Below are positions 15,737 through 24,384 of a DNA stretch of 31,251 bases, in pieces; the first letter of the stretch is position 1, and each line of letters opens with the position of its first letter. Source of the DNA: a virus (taxonomy: Duplodnaviria > Caudoviricetes). The DNA lies in the IMG/VR virus record IMGVR_UViG_3300020043_006387, positions 1 through 31,251 of that record, one strand, 5' to 3'. A model generated the notes under the pieces. The model was not told where the DNA came from. It saw only the letters and a program-made list of their open reading frames with translations, and did no database searches. The translations under genes and the position numbers were made by a program.

Positions 15737-18421
15737 ATGGCTCTTGTACTTAAAGACCGAGTAAAAGAAGTAACCACCACGACTGGTACTGGAACAATTA
15801 CGTTGGCTGGGGCTTCTACTGGTTTTCAGTCGTTTGCCGCTATTGGTGACGGAAATAGTACGTACTACACAATTGCAGGGCAAACAGGCTCTGAGTGGGA
15901 AGTAGGTATTGGTACGTACACGTCTTCAGGCACAACACTGTCTCGTACAACGGTCTTGTCTTCTAGCAACGCCGGAAGCTTGGTCAACTTTTCGGCAGGC
16001 ACCAAGGATGTGTTTGTCACATACCCAGCAGAAGTAGCGGCTTTCTCAGACAACAACCCAAGCACGTCTGGCTACGTACTCACATCTAACGGTACGGGCG
16101 CAGCACCTTCATGGCAAGCGGTTCCTTCAGGGCCCGCGGCTACACCTACTGCATTAGGAACTGTTTACGGACAAACAACTTGTTTAATTGGTTGTTGCAA
16201 AACTGCCCTTGGTTATCAAGCGGGTGCAGTATGTCAAGGGTCGCGAGCAATTGCTATTGGCGCAAGTGCGGGTAACTTTCTACAAGGTTCCAATGCAATT
16301 GCTATTGGATATAACGCGGGTGGTTGTTTTCAACCGTCAAATTCAATTGCTATTGGTGCGAATGTAAATCCTACTGGTAGTAATCAAACGCATATTGGAC
16401 CAATCCGCAATGTTTGCTCAACAAGTGGATTAAAAGCGCTGTATTACAACGCTTGCACAAAAGAAGTTGTTAGAGGAACGGGTTCCGCTACACCTACTGT
16501 GCTTGGAACTGTTTATGGTCAAACAACTATTGCATGTGGCGTTTATAAAACTTCACTTGGTTTTAATTCGGGATTAACTAATCAAGGCAATTTTGGCGTT
16601 GCTATTGGTAAAGACTCTGGAAAATGTAATCAAGGCGGCTATTCTGTTGCAATTGGTGCAGGTGCAGGTCAAACATCACAAGGTTGTCAATCTGTCAGTA
16701 TTGGTCAATGCGCTGGCGGTAATACGCAAGGAAGTACGAGCATTGCTATTGGTCTTGCGGCAGGTCAAAACTGTCAAGGCGCAAATGCAATTGCTATTGG
16801 CAGATTTGCGGGTAGTTGCGCCCAACCTGCAGGTTCAATTGCACTCGGTAATTGTGTATATCCAACAGGAACTTGCCAAACGCACATTGGTCCAGTTCGT
16901 GACCTTGGTACTTGTGTTTATTGTTCTGGGTATATGTATTACAACCAATGTACAAAAGAAGTTGCATACAGTTATAAATTAAAATGCGCACAGCCAACTG
17001 GTACGGGTGCTGTTTATGCAAGAACAAGTGAGTTTTGTACAGGTAAAGTTGCGCTTGGCTTTAATGCGGGTAATGCATGCCAAGGAAATTGCACAGTTGC
17101 AATTGGCTATTGTGCCGCTTTCTTTTTCCAAGGAAATAACGCAGTTGCTATTGGTAAAAATGCCGCCAACAGTTTTCAAGGTGCAAACGCAGTTGCTATT
17201 GGTAGAAATGCGGGAGGTAATAATCAACCCGCAAACTCAATCTCTCTTAATGCGACAGGGACTACTTTAAGCCCATCAGGAACTTGTCGGACTCACATTG
17301 CACCAATTCGTAATGTCTGTTCAACGACAGGACTTTCATCTTTGTTCTATAACGCTTGCACAAAAGAAGTTGTGCGGGGGGCTGGTGGTGGTGCAAGTCC
17401 TGCTACTCCTACTGCAAGCGGTACTGTTTATGGCAAAACAGACATATTTAATTGCTGTACAGGTAGTGGAGGAAATTCAAATCTTGGTTATGAAGCGGGA
17501 GCAAATAGTCAAGCTGGTTATGCAGTTGCTATCGGTTATGAAGCGGGAGCAAATAGTCAAGCTGGTTATGCAGTTGCTATCGGTTCTGGGGCAGGGAAAA
17601 ATAATCAAGATGTATGTGCAGTTGCTATTGGCCGCAACGCTGGTGTCACTGGACAAGGCGGGAGTTCAGTTGCAATTGGTTCTTTTGCAGGATTAAATCT
17701 TCAGCAAACTGGCGCAGTAGCTGTAGGTGCGGGAGCAGGGCGTTTTTGTCAGGGGTCGGCTTCAACTGCTATTGGCGGAGGTGCCGGTTATTGCACTCAA
17801 TCTTCGAATGCAGTTGCTATTGGAAATAATGCCGGTTTTTCGTTACAGGGCGGTAATTCTGTAGCCGTTGGAGCATGTGCGGGTGGCACGCTTCAACAGG
17901 CAAATGCAGTTGCTATTGGATTCGCGGCAGGAACTTGTGTACAGTCCTGTAAGGCAGTTGCTGTTGGATACGCGGCAGGCGGTCTTTGTCAAGGTTCAGG
18001 CGCAGTTGCTATTGGATACTCAGCAGGAATTTGTTCTCAAGGCAATTGCGCAGTTGCTATTGGCGAAAATGCGGGTTTATGTACGCAAGGCCCGGCCGCA
18101 GTTGCTGTTGGAAAAGCCGCAGGGGCGGGGGCTCAAGGCGCTGGTGCAGTTGCAGTTGGTACAGCCGCAGGAAATGGATGCCAAGGTGTTCAAGCAATTG
18201 CCATTGGTTATCAAGCGGCTTGTTATGGACAAGGCGCATGTGCAATTGCTATTGGTAGTAATGCGGGAGGGCTTTTTGGTCAACCCGCAAACTCAATTGC
18301 TATTGGCGCAAATGTAGCCCCAACAGGTGTTTGCCAAACTCACATGGGACCAATTCGAAACGCGACTACTTCGTATCATTTGTACTACAACCCATGCACT
18401 AAAGAAATTACATATGGTTAA
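15737..18421 (+). CDS. Cys-rich tail fibre/adhesin with YadA-head-like AVAIG repeats
   Basis: 894 aa with RBS AAGGA. N-terminal anchor MALVLKDRVKE...WEVGIGTY, then four modules of 16-aa QGxxAVAIGxxAG repeats, each closed by THIxPxR...YNxCTKE. Confidence 0.85.
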   Translation: MALVLKDRVKEVTTTTGTGTITLAGASTGFQSFAAIGDGNSTYYTIAGQTGSEWEVGIGTYTSSGTTLSRTTVLSSSNAGSLVNFSAGTKDVFVTYPAEVAAFSDNNPSTSGYVLTSNGTGAAPSWQAVPSGPAATPTALGTVYGQTTCLIGCCKTALGYQAGAVCQGSRAIAIGASAGNFLQGSNAIAIGYNAGGCFQPSNSIAIGANVNPTGSNQTHIGPIRNVCSTSGLKALYYNACTKEVVRGTGSATPTVLGTVYGQTTIACGVYKTSLGFNSGLTNQGNFGVAIGKDSGKCNQGGYSVAIGAGAGQTSQGCQSVSIGQCAGGNTQGSTSIAIGLAAGQNCQGANAIAIGRFAGSCAQPAGSIALGNCVYPTGTCQTHIGPVRDLGTCVYCSGYMYYNQCTKEVAYSYKLKCAQPTGTGAVYARTSEFCTGKVALGFNAGNACQGNCTVAIGYCAAFFFQGNNAVAIGKNAANSFQGANAVAIGRNAGGNNQPANSISLNATGTTLSPSGTCRTHIAPIRNVCSTTGLSSLFYNACTKEVVRGAGGGASPATPTASGTVYGKTDIFNCCTGSGGNSNLGYEAGANSQAGYAVAIGYEAGANSQAGYAVAIGSGAGKNNQDVCAVAIGRNAGVTGQGGSSVAIGSFAGLNLQQTGAVAVGAGAGRFCQGSASTAIGGGAGYCTQSSNAVAIGNNAGFSLQGGNSVAVGACAGGTLQQANAVAIGFAAGTCVQSCKAVAVGYAAGGLCQGSGAVAIGYSAGICSQGNCAVAIGENAGLCTQGPAAVAVGKAAGAGAQGAGAVAVGTAAGNGCQGVQAIAIGYQAACYGQGACAIAIGSNAGGLFGQPANSIAIGANVAPTGVCQTHMGPIRNATTSYHLYYNPCTKEITYG
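17486..17585 (+). repeat. Perfect 48-bp tandem duplication (GYEAGANSQAGYAVAI x2)
   Basis: 17486-17533 is identical to 17534-17581, with 4 further matching bases. Confidence 0.95.
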
Positions 18422-18450
18422 AATTTAAAGCCGATAAAAAAGGAGAAGGT

Positions 18451-19104
18451 ATGGAACCCGCAACACAAACCGTGATGGACCCCCAGTTTTATTTTGGAAC
18501 AGGTGTGTACATCATCAAAAAAGAAGAGTTTTTGGACGCCGTCAAGACTGTTGCCGATGAAAATCTGGCCAAGTTGGAAGCGGTCAAACCAGAGTTAGAC
18601 GAGATTTATCCCGTGCGCATGTCGGAAAACTTGTCTGGCGATGCGCGAATTCAGGATTTTGCGCAAATGGTGGTGGGTACTGGCTGGAACATTCTAAACA
18701 GTCAAGGCTACGATATGGACAAGTTCCAGACGTTCTTTACTGAAATGTGGTGTCAGGAGCATCACAAACACTCCGCCATGGAACAGCACGTCCATGCAGC
18801 CCCCGCGCAGTTGGTTGGTTTCTATTTCTTAGAGACGCCTGAAAATTGTTCGATGGCCTGCATCCACGACCCCCGCCCGGCAAAAGTACAAATTGCGCTT
18901 CCAATGCGTAACCCTAACCAGCCTTCAGAAGCAAACCCCATGTTGTTCTTCAAGCCCGAAGCTGGTATGCTGATGTTCACAAACGCTTGGTTGGCGCACT
19001 CTTTCACCAGACACGCTTCTGACTCTGCGTTTAAGTTCATTCATTTTGGGCTCGGCGCACAGCACGTGACCTTACAAGCTCCTGCGCAACCTGTTGTTGT
19101 TTAA
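18451..19104 (+). CDS. Cupin/2OG-Fe(II) oxygenase-like protein (TIGR02466-like)
   Basis: MWCQEH..HSAMEQHVH, GFYFL, DPRP and GMLMFTNAWLAHSF give HxH plus a distal His in a double-stranded beta-helix pattern; strong RBS AGGAG. Confidence 0.8.
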   Translation: MEPATQTVMDPQFYFGTGVYIIKKEEFLDAVKTVADENLAKLEAVKPELDEIYPVRMSENLSGDARIQDFAQMVVGTGWNILNSQGYDMDKFQTFFTEMWCQEHHKHSAMEQHVHAAPAQLVGFYFLETPENCSMACIHDPRPAKVQIALPMRNPNQPSEANPMLFFKPEAGMLMFTNAWLAHSFTRHASDSAFKFIHFGLGAQHVTLQAPAQPVVV

Positions 19105-19105
19105 C

Positions 19106-19342
19106 ATGAACAAGTACAGAATACGGTTTAACAAGACGCGCGGTCAGGCAGGCCGTGGCACTCTTGACCATGCTTGGCGAGTGTTTGAAAATAATCAAGA
19201 GTATTTGGTCAAACATTTTCAAGTTAACGTGCCGACATCAAGCGAAAAAGAACCCAATAGCGAGGACTGGAATTTGGTCTGCCACGGGTTCATGAAACTG
19301 GACAAGGCGACTTCAACTGCAATCATTAACTCAACAAATTAA
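19106..19342 (+). CDS. Small hypothetical protein
   Basis: ATG 1 nt after the oxygenase stop; 78 aa; YRIRFNKTRG, HAWRVFE, DWNLVCHG. Confidence 0.7.
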   Translation: MNKYRIRFNKTRGQAGRGTLDHAWRVFENNQEYLVKHFQVNVPTSSEKEPNSEDWNLVCHGFMKLDKATSTAIINSTN

Positions 19343-19351
19343 GGACACCCC

Positions 19352-19648
19352 ATGGACATCACAATTACAAACATGATGCGCGATGCTGCTGACGGCTTGG
19401 TCACAATCGTCATGTGGAAAGCTACAAAAACTTCTGGCGAACACACGGCCTCAATTGAACGCACAACTCAATTGACTCGCGGCGATTCTTTCACTGCTTT
19501 TGAGTCGTTAACGCCAGATCAGGTTAAAGGTTGGGTTACGGCTGCGTTGAGCACTAGAGAGTCCGAAATGCTTGAAACAGCACTAGACAGGCGACTCGCG
19601 GTGATGGCAAACCCCCCAGCACGCCCCGTTGCTGGAACACCTTGGTAA
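19352..19648 (+). CDS. Putative tail-fibre assembly/chaperone-like protein
   Basis: 98 aa with RBS TAAGGA; FTAFESLTPDQVKGWV and C-terminal GTPW; located among fibre genes. Confidence 0.6.
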   Translation: MDITITNMMRDAADGLVTIVMWKATKTSGEHTASIERTTQLTRGDSFTAFESLTPDQVKGWVTAALSTRESEMLETALDRRLAVMANPPARPVAGTPW

Positions 19649-19670
19649 GCACGTCTTGTAGGGACTAAAA

Positions 19671-21509
19671 ATGACAACAGCATATTCATCATTACTTGGT
19701 TTAGCGCTGCCCGTGCAGGGCGAACTGTCTGGCACTTGGGGCGACATGGTCAACTACGGTGTCACAGACTATGTGGATATCGCTGTTGCTGGTACGCTGT
19801 CTTTGACAACCGATGCTGACGTAGATCTTACAATAACCAACGGCACAACTTCTGGCACTAACATTGGTTCGACCACTGCGCAGTACGCCATTCTGAATTG
19901 CTCCGGCACACGCACTGCTACGCGCTATATCAATACACCAAAGCAAAGCAAGACGTATTTGGTGGTTAATAATACGTCGCAATCAATCATTATTCGTGGG
20001 GGCCCATCTTCCCCAACAACTGGCGTTACTGTAGCTACCAACACCCGCGCTATTGTGGTGTGGGACACATCTTTAGGAACCCCAGATTTTGTGGTTGTGG
20101 CCACCAGCGCTGGCGGTGGAAGCGGTACCGTGACTGCCGTTACAGGCACATCGCCTATTGTTTCTAGCGGCGGTACAACTCCAGCCATCAGTATTCCTGC
20201 AGCCACAACGTCTGTCAACGGGTACTTGACATCAACTGACTGGAACACCTTTAACAACAAGCAACCTGCGGGTTCTTATGTTACAAGCGGTGGTGCATTG
20301 GGCACGCCTTCTTCCGGCACCGCCACAAACTTGACTGGCTTGCCTTTGACTACTGGCGTCACAGGTATTTTGCCTGTAGCCAACGGCGGTAGCGGCACAT
20401 CAACGCCTGCCTTGGTAGCTGGAACAAATGTAACAATCACCGGTACATGGCCTAACCAGACAATTAACTCGTCTGGCGGGGGCTCTGGCATGGTGTATCC
20501 CGGCGCTGGTATTCCTAACTCAACAGGATCTGCTTGGGGCACAAGCTACACAACGACTGGTTCAGGCACGGTACTGGCACTAGCCACATCTCCTACTTTT
20601 GTAACACCTATTCTTGGCACGCCACAATCGGGTAACTTCAGCACTGGCTCATTTACGTGGCCCACTTTCAACCAAAACACAACTGGTACGGCTGCAGGGC
20701 TTTCGTCTGTTTTGTCAGTGGCATCTGGCGGTAATGGAACATCAACTCCCGCACTGACCGCAGGCACAAACGTAACCATCACTGGCACATGGCCTAACTA
20801 CACAATTAGTTCTAGCGGTAGTGGTGGCGGTGTAACAAGCGTTTCGGCGACTTCTCCTTTGGCATCAAGTGGGGGCACCACCCCTAACTTAACTATTGCA
20901 CAAGCCACTTCTTCTACAAGCGGGTATTTGTCTTCTACTGACTGGAACACGTTTAACAATAAACAAGCCGCAGGTTCTTACCTGTCAAGCGGTGGTTCGT
21001 TGGGCACGCCTTCGGCTGGTAACTTTACGTCAGGCTCATTCTCATGGCCCACATTTAACCAGAACACTACGGGCAATGCGGCTACTGCTACGTCGGCTAC
21101 TTCGGCTACAACGGCTTCAACCGCAAATGCGCTGAATACAAGCAATGCGTATACGATGGCCGGTTTGACGGTCAATGGCGCAATTACCGCATCCAGTAAC
21201 ATCACGGCGTACTACTCCGACGACCGTCTGAAAACCCGCACCGGCAAGATCGAGAATGCGCTGGACAAGGTGGCAACACTTGATGCGTTCTATTACGAAG
21301 CAAACGAGGTTGCGCAAGCGTTGGGGTATGAAGCTGTGCGCGAAGTAGGTATTTCTGCTCAGCAAGTGCAGGCCATCATGCCCGAGACAGTGGCCCCCGC
21401 ACCTATCGATCCGCAGTATTTAACTGTTCGGTATGAGCGTTTGGTCCCTCTGCTGATTGCAGCCATCAACGAACTGCAAGCCGAAGTCAAAGCCTTGAAG
21501 GGAGTCTAA
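19671..21509 (+). CDS. Tail fibre with C-terminal intramolecular chaperone (Peptidase S74-type autocleavage domain)
   Basis: 612 aa. N-terminal GELSGTWG anchor and repeated shaft modules. YYSDDRLK (cleavage Ser, catalytic Lys), GISAQQV..IMPE, and the coiled coil YERLVPLLIAAINEL. Confidence 0.88.
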   Translation: MTTAYSSLLGLALPVQGELSGTWGDMVNYGVTDYVDIAVAGTLSLTTDADVDLTITNGTTSGTNIGSTTAQYAILNCSGTRTATRYINTPKQSKTYLVVNNTSQSIIIRGGPSSPTTGVTVATNTRAIVVWDTSLGTPDFVVVATSAGGGSGTVTAVTGTSPIVSSGGTTPAISIPAATTSVNGYLTSTDWNTFNNKQPAGSYVTSGGALGTPSSGTATNLTGLPLTTGVTGILPVANGGSGTSTPALVAGTNVTITGTWPNQTINSSGGGSGMVYPGAGIPNSTGSAWGTSYTTTGSGTVLALATSPTFVTPILGTPQSGNFSTGSFTWPTFNQNTTGTAAGLSSVLSVASGGNGTSTPALTAGTNVTITGTWPNYTISSSGSGGGVTSVSATSPLASSGGTTPNLTIAQATSSTSGYLSSTDWNTFNNKQAAGSYLSSGGSLGTPSAGNFTSGSFSWPTFNQNTTGNAATATSATSATTASTANALNTSNAYTMAGLTVNGAITASSNITAYYSDDRLKTRTGKIENALDKVATLDAFYYEANEVAQALGYEAVREVGISAQQVQAIMPETVAPAPIDPQYLTVRYERLVPLLIAAINELQAEVKALKGV

Positions 21510-21510
21510 G

Positions 21511-22383
21511 ATGACGCTGAACGCATCAGGCCCGATTAGCCTTGGCGGTTCAACGGCAGGGCAGTCAATAAATTTGGAACTTGGCCAAGCCGCGGGCACA
21601 CAAGTAAGCCTTAATGACGCAAACGTACGTGCTCTGGCGGGGGTCTCTTCTGGCGCGATATCAATGCCTGCTAACTTTTGGGGCAAATCGGCATACACAC
21701 CCACGTTATACGCTTTCACGACTGTTGGTACGACGTTTTTCACAGTTCCGTCGGGCATGACCTCGCTCAGAATTGCTATGGTAGCAGGAGGTGGTGGAGG
21801 GCGTAATGCTACATACAGTGCGTCAAAAAGCGGGGGTGGTGGCGGTGGCGGCCAATCCGCGCTATACGCTACATACTCTGTCTCCGCGGGACAGGTGTTA
21901 ACTATTACGATTGGCGCTGGTGGTACTAGTGGTGGCGGTGTTGGTGGGGTAACTTCTATTAGTGGTGGTAGTGGTGGCACACTAACTATGTCTGGCGGTA
22001 ACGGCCCTCCTTCGCAATTCATTGGTGGAACAAGTGGTAGCGGCAACGCTGGTGGTAACGGAAGTAACATACTTGGCGGAGGCGGGGGTGGTGGTAATGC
22101 ATCAACGGGTTTTTCCGCTGGTGGGGGGGAAGGTGGCGATGGTGGTACGGGAAGCACTTACACCGTAAGCACGTTGACAGTAACTGTTGGGGGCGGAGGT
22201 GGCGGTGGCGGTGTGCCCGGCGGAATAGGCTTCGATGGTGGCGGCAGCGGAGGATCCACGCAGAGTACCGGAACGGCAGGTACTACTGCTACAGGTGGTG
22301 GTGGAGGCGGAGCTGCCGCATGGACTTCTTCCACAACAGCGGGCGGTGCTGGCGGATCAGGCGCTGTAGCTTTTTACGGATAA
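21511..22383 (+). CDS. Glycine-rich receptor-binding adhesin (polyglycine-II type, gp38-like)
   Basis: 290 aa. Small N-terminal domain ending ISMPANFWGKS, then FTVPSG..SLRIAMVAGGGGG and many GGGGG runs; directly follows the S74 fibre gene. Confidence 0.75.
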   Translation: MTLNASGPISLGGSTAGQSINLELGQAAGTQVSLNDANVRALAGVSSGAISMPANFWGKSAYTPTLYAFTTVGTTFFTVPSGMTSLRIAMVAGGGGGRNATYSASKSGGGGGGGQSALYATYSVSAGQVLTITIGAGGTSGGGVGGVTSISGGSGGTLTMSGGNGPPSQFIGGTSGSGNAGGNGSNILGGGGGGGNASTGFSAGGGEGGDGGTGSTYTVSTLTVTVGGGGGGGGVPGGIGFDGGGSGGSTQSTGTAGTTATGGGGGGAAAWTSSTTAGGAGGSGAVAFYG

Positions 22384-22388
22384 TAAAC

Positions 22389-22727
22389 ATGTACCCCTAT
22401 AAAGTTTTAAGTTTTGATCGCAATACGGGCACATTTACCGTAGACTTTTTGGACATTGAAGACGAGGCTCTTAACCATTTCGCTCCCCGGATAAATGGTG
22501 TGTATCTGTCAGGGCAAGCATTGGAAGATGCAATACAGTTATTGCGCAAGCCGCTGGACGAGCTGACTCCCGAAGAGTATCAGATGCGATATCCCGAAGA
22601 CGATCCTGCCGCTGTTACCGGCGGAGAAGACATAGACGCCAAAATAGAAACGCATCCGCCGGAAACAGGTATGCGTACAGGAGAGGCGGCTATTGCATTT
22701 TTGCAGTCCTTGATGCGGACAACATGA
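22389..22727 (+). CDS. Acidic hypothetical protein (possible adhesin chaperone)
   Basis: ATG at 22389 follows the adhesin stop (112 aa); the longer 22320 start overlaps the adhesin gene. Confidence 0.65.
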   Translation: MYPYKVLSFDRNTGTFTVDFLDIEDEALNHFAPRINGVYLSGQALEDAIQLLRKPLDELTPEEYQMRYPEDDPAAVTGGEDIDAKIETHPPETGMRTGEAAIAFLQSLMRTT

Positions 22728-23224
22728 TTCCAATAGATCCAATAACGGCGCTAGAAGGATTGCAAAGTGCAATCAGTGTCGTTAAGAAAGCCAGCAAAGT
22801 CGCTAGTGATCTAGCGGGATTGGCTCCATCTATTGCCAAGCTTTTCGATGCCAAGAGCACTGCAACCAAAGCAATGCTTCAAGCCAAGCGTACAGGTGGT
22901 AAATCCAACCTTGGCGCGGCTCTACAGATTGAGATGGCGCTTGATGAAGCCAAGCGGTTTGAAGAGCAGTTAAAAATGCTGTTCATGCAGGCTGGCCGAA
23001 TTGACGTATGGAATGCAACCAAAGCCCGGCAAGCTGAGATGGATAGGGACGATGCCAAAGAGATGGCAGAGTTGAAGGCCGCAGAGAAGAAACAGAAAGA
23101 AGCCGAAGCTGAACAGATGGCATGGGCTGTGGCGATTGTGGTTATTGTGATGTTTTTGGGGGCAGTGGGTTGGGGTATTGCCGAAATCTCTGACCTGTGC
23201 GCTAAAACAAAGTGTGGTCGATGA
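22724..23224 (+). CDS. Helical protein with C-terminal transmembrane segment
   Basis: 166 aa; MIPIDPITAL start, coiled coil, TM segment WAVAIVVIVMFLGAVGWGI; ATGA-coupled. Confidence 0.75.
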   Translation: MIPIDPITALEGLQSAISVVKKASKVASDLAGLAPSIAKLFDAKSTATKAMLQAKRTGGKSNLGAALQIEMALDEAKRFEEQLKMLFMQAGRIDVWNATKARQAEMDRDDAKEMAELKAAEKKQKEAEAEQMAWAVAIVVIVMFLGAVGWGIAEISDLCAKTKCGR

Positions 23225-23373
23225 ATGAGTACCAGAAGCAATTTGACCAGTTTCTCAAAATCTTCGTGCGTATGTGCATTGCGTGGTACGTCGTGGGCTT
23301 CCTGCGTTTCCTGCCTGACGAGTTGTCAGATAGGATCGTTTCTAAATTTCTCTCATACATAGGACTAGGATAA
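23221..23373 (+). CDS. 50-aa membrane peptide not in the supplied ORF track
   Basis: MNEYQKQFDQFLKIFVRMCIAWYVVGFLRFLPDELSDRIVSKFLSYIGLG. It has an ATGA overlap upstream and a TAATG overlap downstream, and fills the gap exactly. Confidence 0.7.
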   Translation: MNEYQKQFDQFLKIFVRMCIAWYVVGFLRFLPDELSDRIVSKFLSYIGLG

Positions 23374-23876
23374 TGCTGTCACTATTTTCAACCCTCGGTG
23401 GTCTGTTAATTTCAGGCTTGCCAAAACTGTTGGAGTTTTTCCAGAACAAAAACGACCAGAAGCATGAGTTGGCTCTAGCGCAGATTCAGGTGCAGATGCA
23501 GCTTCAGATGATGGCTCAAGGCTTTGCCGCCCAAGAGCGCATGGAAGAGATCCGCACCGACCAGATTGCTATGGAGACGGATGCCCAAATGACTGTGGCG
23601 GCGTATGACCATGACAAGGCTATTCTGGCTAAGGCAAGTACTTGGGTGGCAAGCTACATTGGGACCGTGCGCCCAACAGTAACTTACATCTTTATCCTTG
23701 AACTGTGCGCCATCAACGCTTGGTTGGCCTTCTACGTTTACAACAACCCGCAATTGGTCATCAACATGGATGACTTGGTTCGTCTGTCAGACATCATCTT
23801 CTCTAGCGACGAGATGGCCATGCTGGGCGGTATTATTGGCTTCTGGTTTGGCTCACGTAGCTGGTCTAAGAAATGA
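23373..23876 (+). CDS. Putative holin (3-TM, GTA-holin-like)
   Basis: Hydrophobic N-terminus, coiled coil, WV...GTVRPTVTY and IIGFWFGSR; overlaps the lysozyme start. Confidence 0.75.
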   Translation: MLSLFSTLGGLLISGLPKLLEFFQNKNDQKHELALAQIQVQMQLQMMAQGFAAQERMEEIRTDQIAMETDAQMTVAAYDHDKAILAKASTWVASYIGTVRPTVTYIFILELCAINAWLAFYVYNNPQLVINMDDLVRLSDIIFSSDEMAMLGGIIGFWFGSRSWSKK

Positions 23877-24376
23877 AACTGAGCAAAGCTGGCGCTGACT
23901 TGATGCACCGGTACGAGGGGTACAGGACTAAACCATATCTGTGCCCCGCTCACATTCATACGATTGGTTACGGCCACGTACTTTACCAAGACCAGATAAA
24001 ACTGCCTGTTGCGCGTGTAAACGGCTATACCGGAATGATCCGCAGCGAGTACCCACTGAAACCGGAGGACAACCGTGTCTGGACAAAAGAAGAAATTGAG
24101 AAACTATTCGCAGATGACGTCGCTAGTTTTGAACGCGGTGTTCTTAGACTTGCTCCCCCTGTTGCTGGTCGTCAAGGTGCTTTCGACGCGTGCGTCTCTT
24201 TTGCCTTCAATGCCGGGCTGGGCACTTTTCAGCGGTCTTCTATTCGGATAAAACTTAACCGGGGCGATTTTGAAGGCGCGGCCGATGCACTCTTGCTGTA
24301 TTGCATGGGTGGTGGCAAAATACTCGCAGGGCTAAAAAAGCGTAGAGACGCTGAAAAAGCACTGTTTCTATCCTAG
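23873..24376 (+). CDS. Endolysin, phage lysozyme GH24
   Basis: Catalytic pattern E-x8-C-x5-T (YEGYRTKPYLCPAHIHTIGYGH), FDACVSFAFNAG and GLKKRRDAE. Confidence 0.93.
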   Translation: MKLSKAGADLMHRYEGYRTKPYLCPAHIHTIGYGHVLYQDQIKLPVARVNGYTGMIRSEYPLKPEDNRVWTKEEIEKLFADDVASFERGVLRLAPPVAGRQGAFDACVSFAFNAGLGTFQRSSIRIKLNRGDFEGAADALLLYCMGGGKILAGLKKRRDAEKALFLS

Positions 24377-24384
24377 GACTGCCG

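Noticed and set aside
16181-18421. Cys excess due to genetic-code reassignment
   Set aside because: Both TGT and TGC are used, there are no in-frame stops, and Cys usage in the other genes is normal.
15737-22383. Diversity-generating retroelement acting on fibre genes
   Set aside because: There is no reverse transcriptase in the window and no repeat pair differing only at adenines; the repeats are in-frame coding modules.
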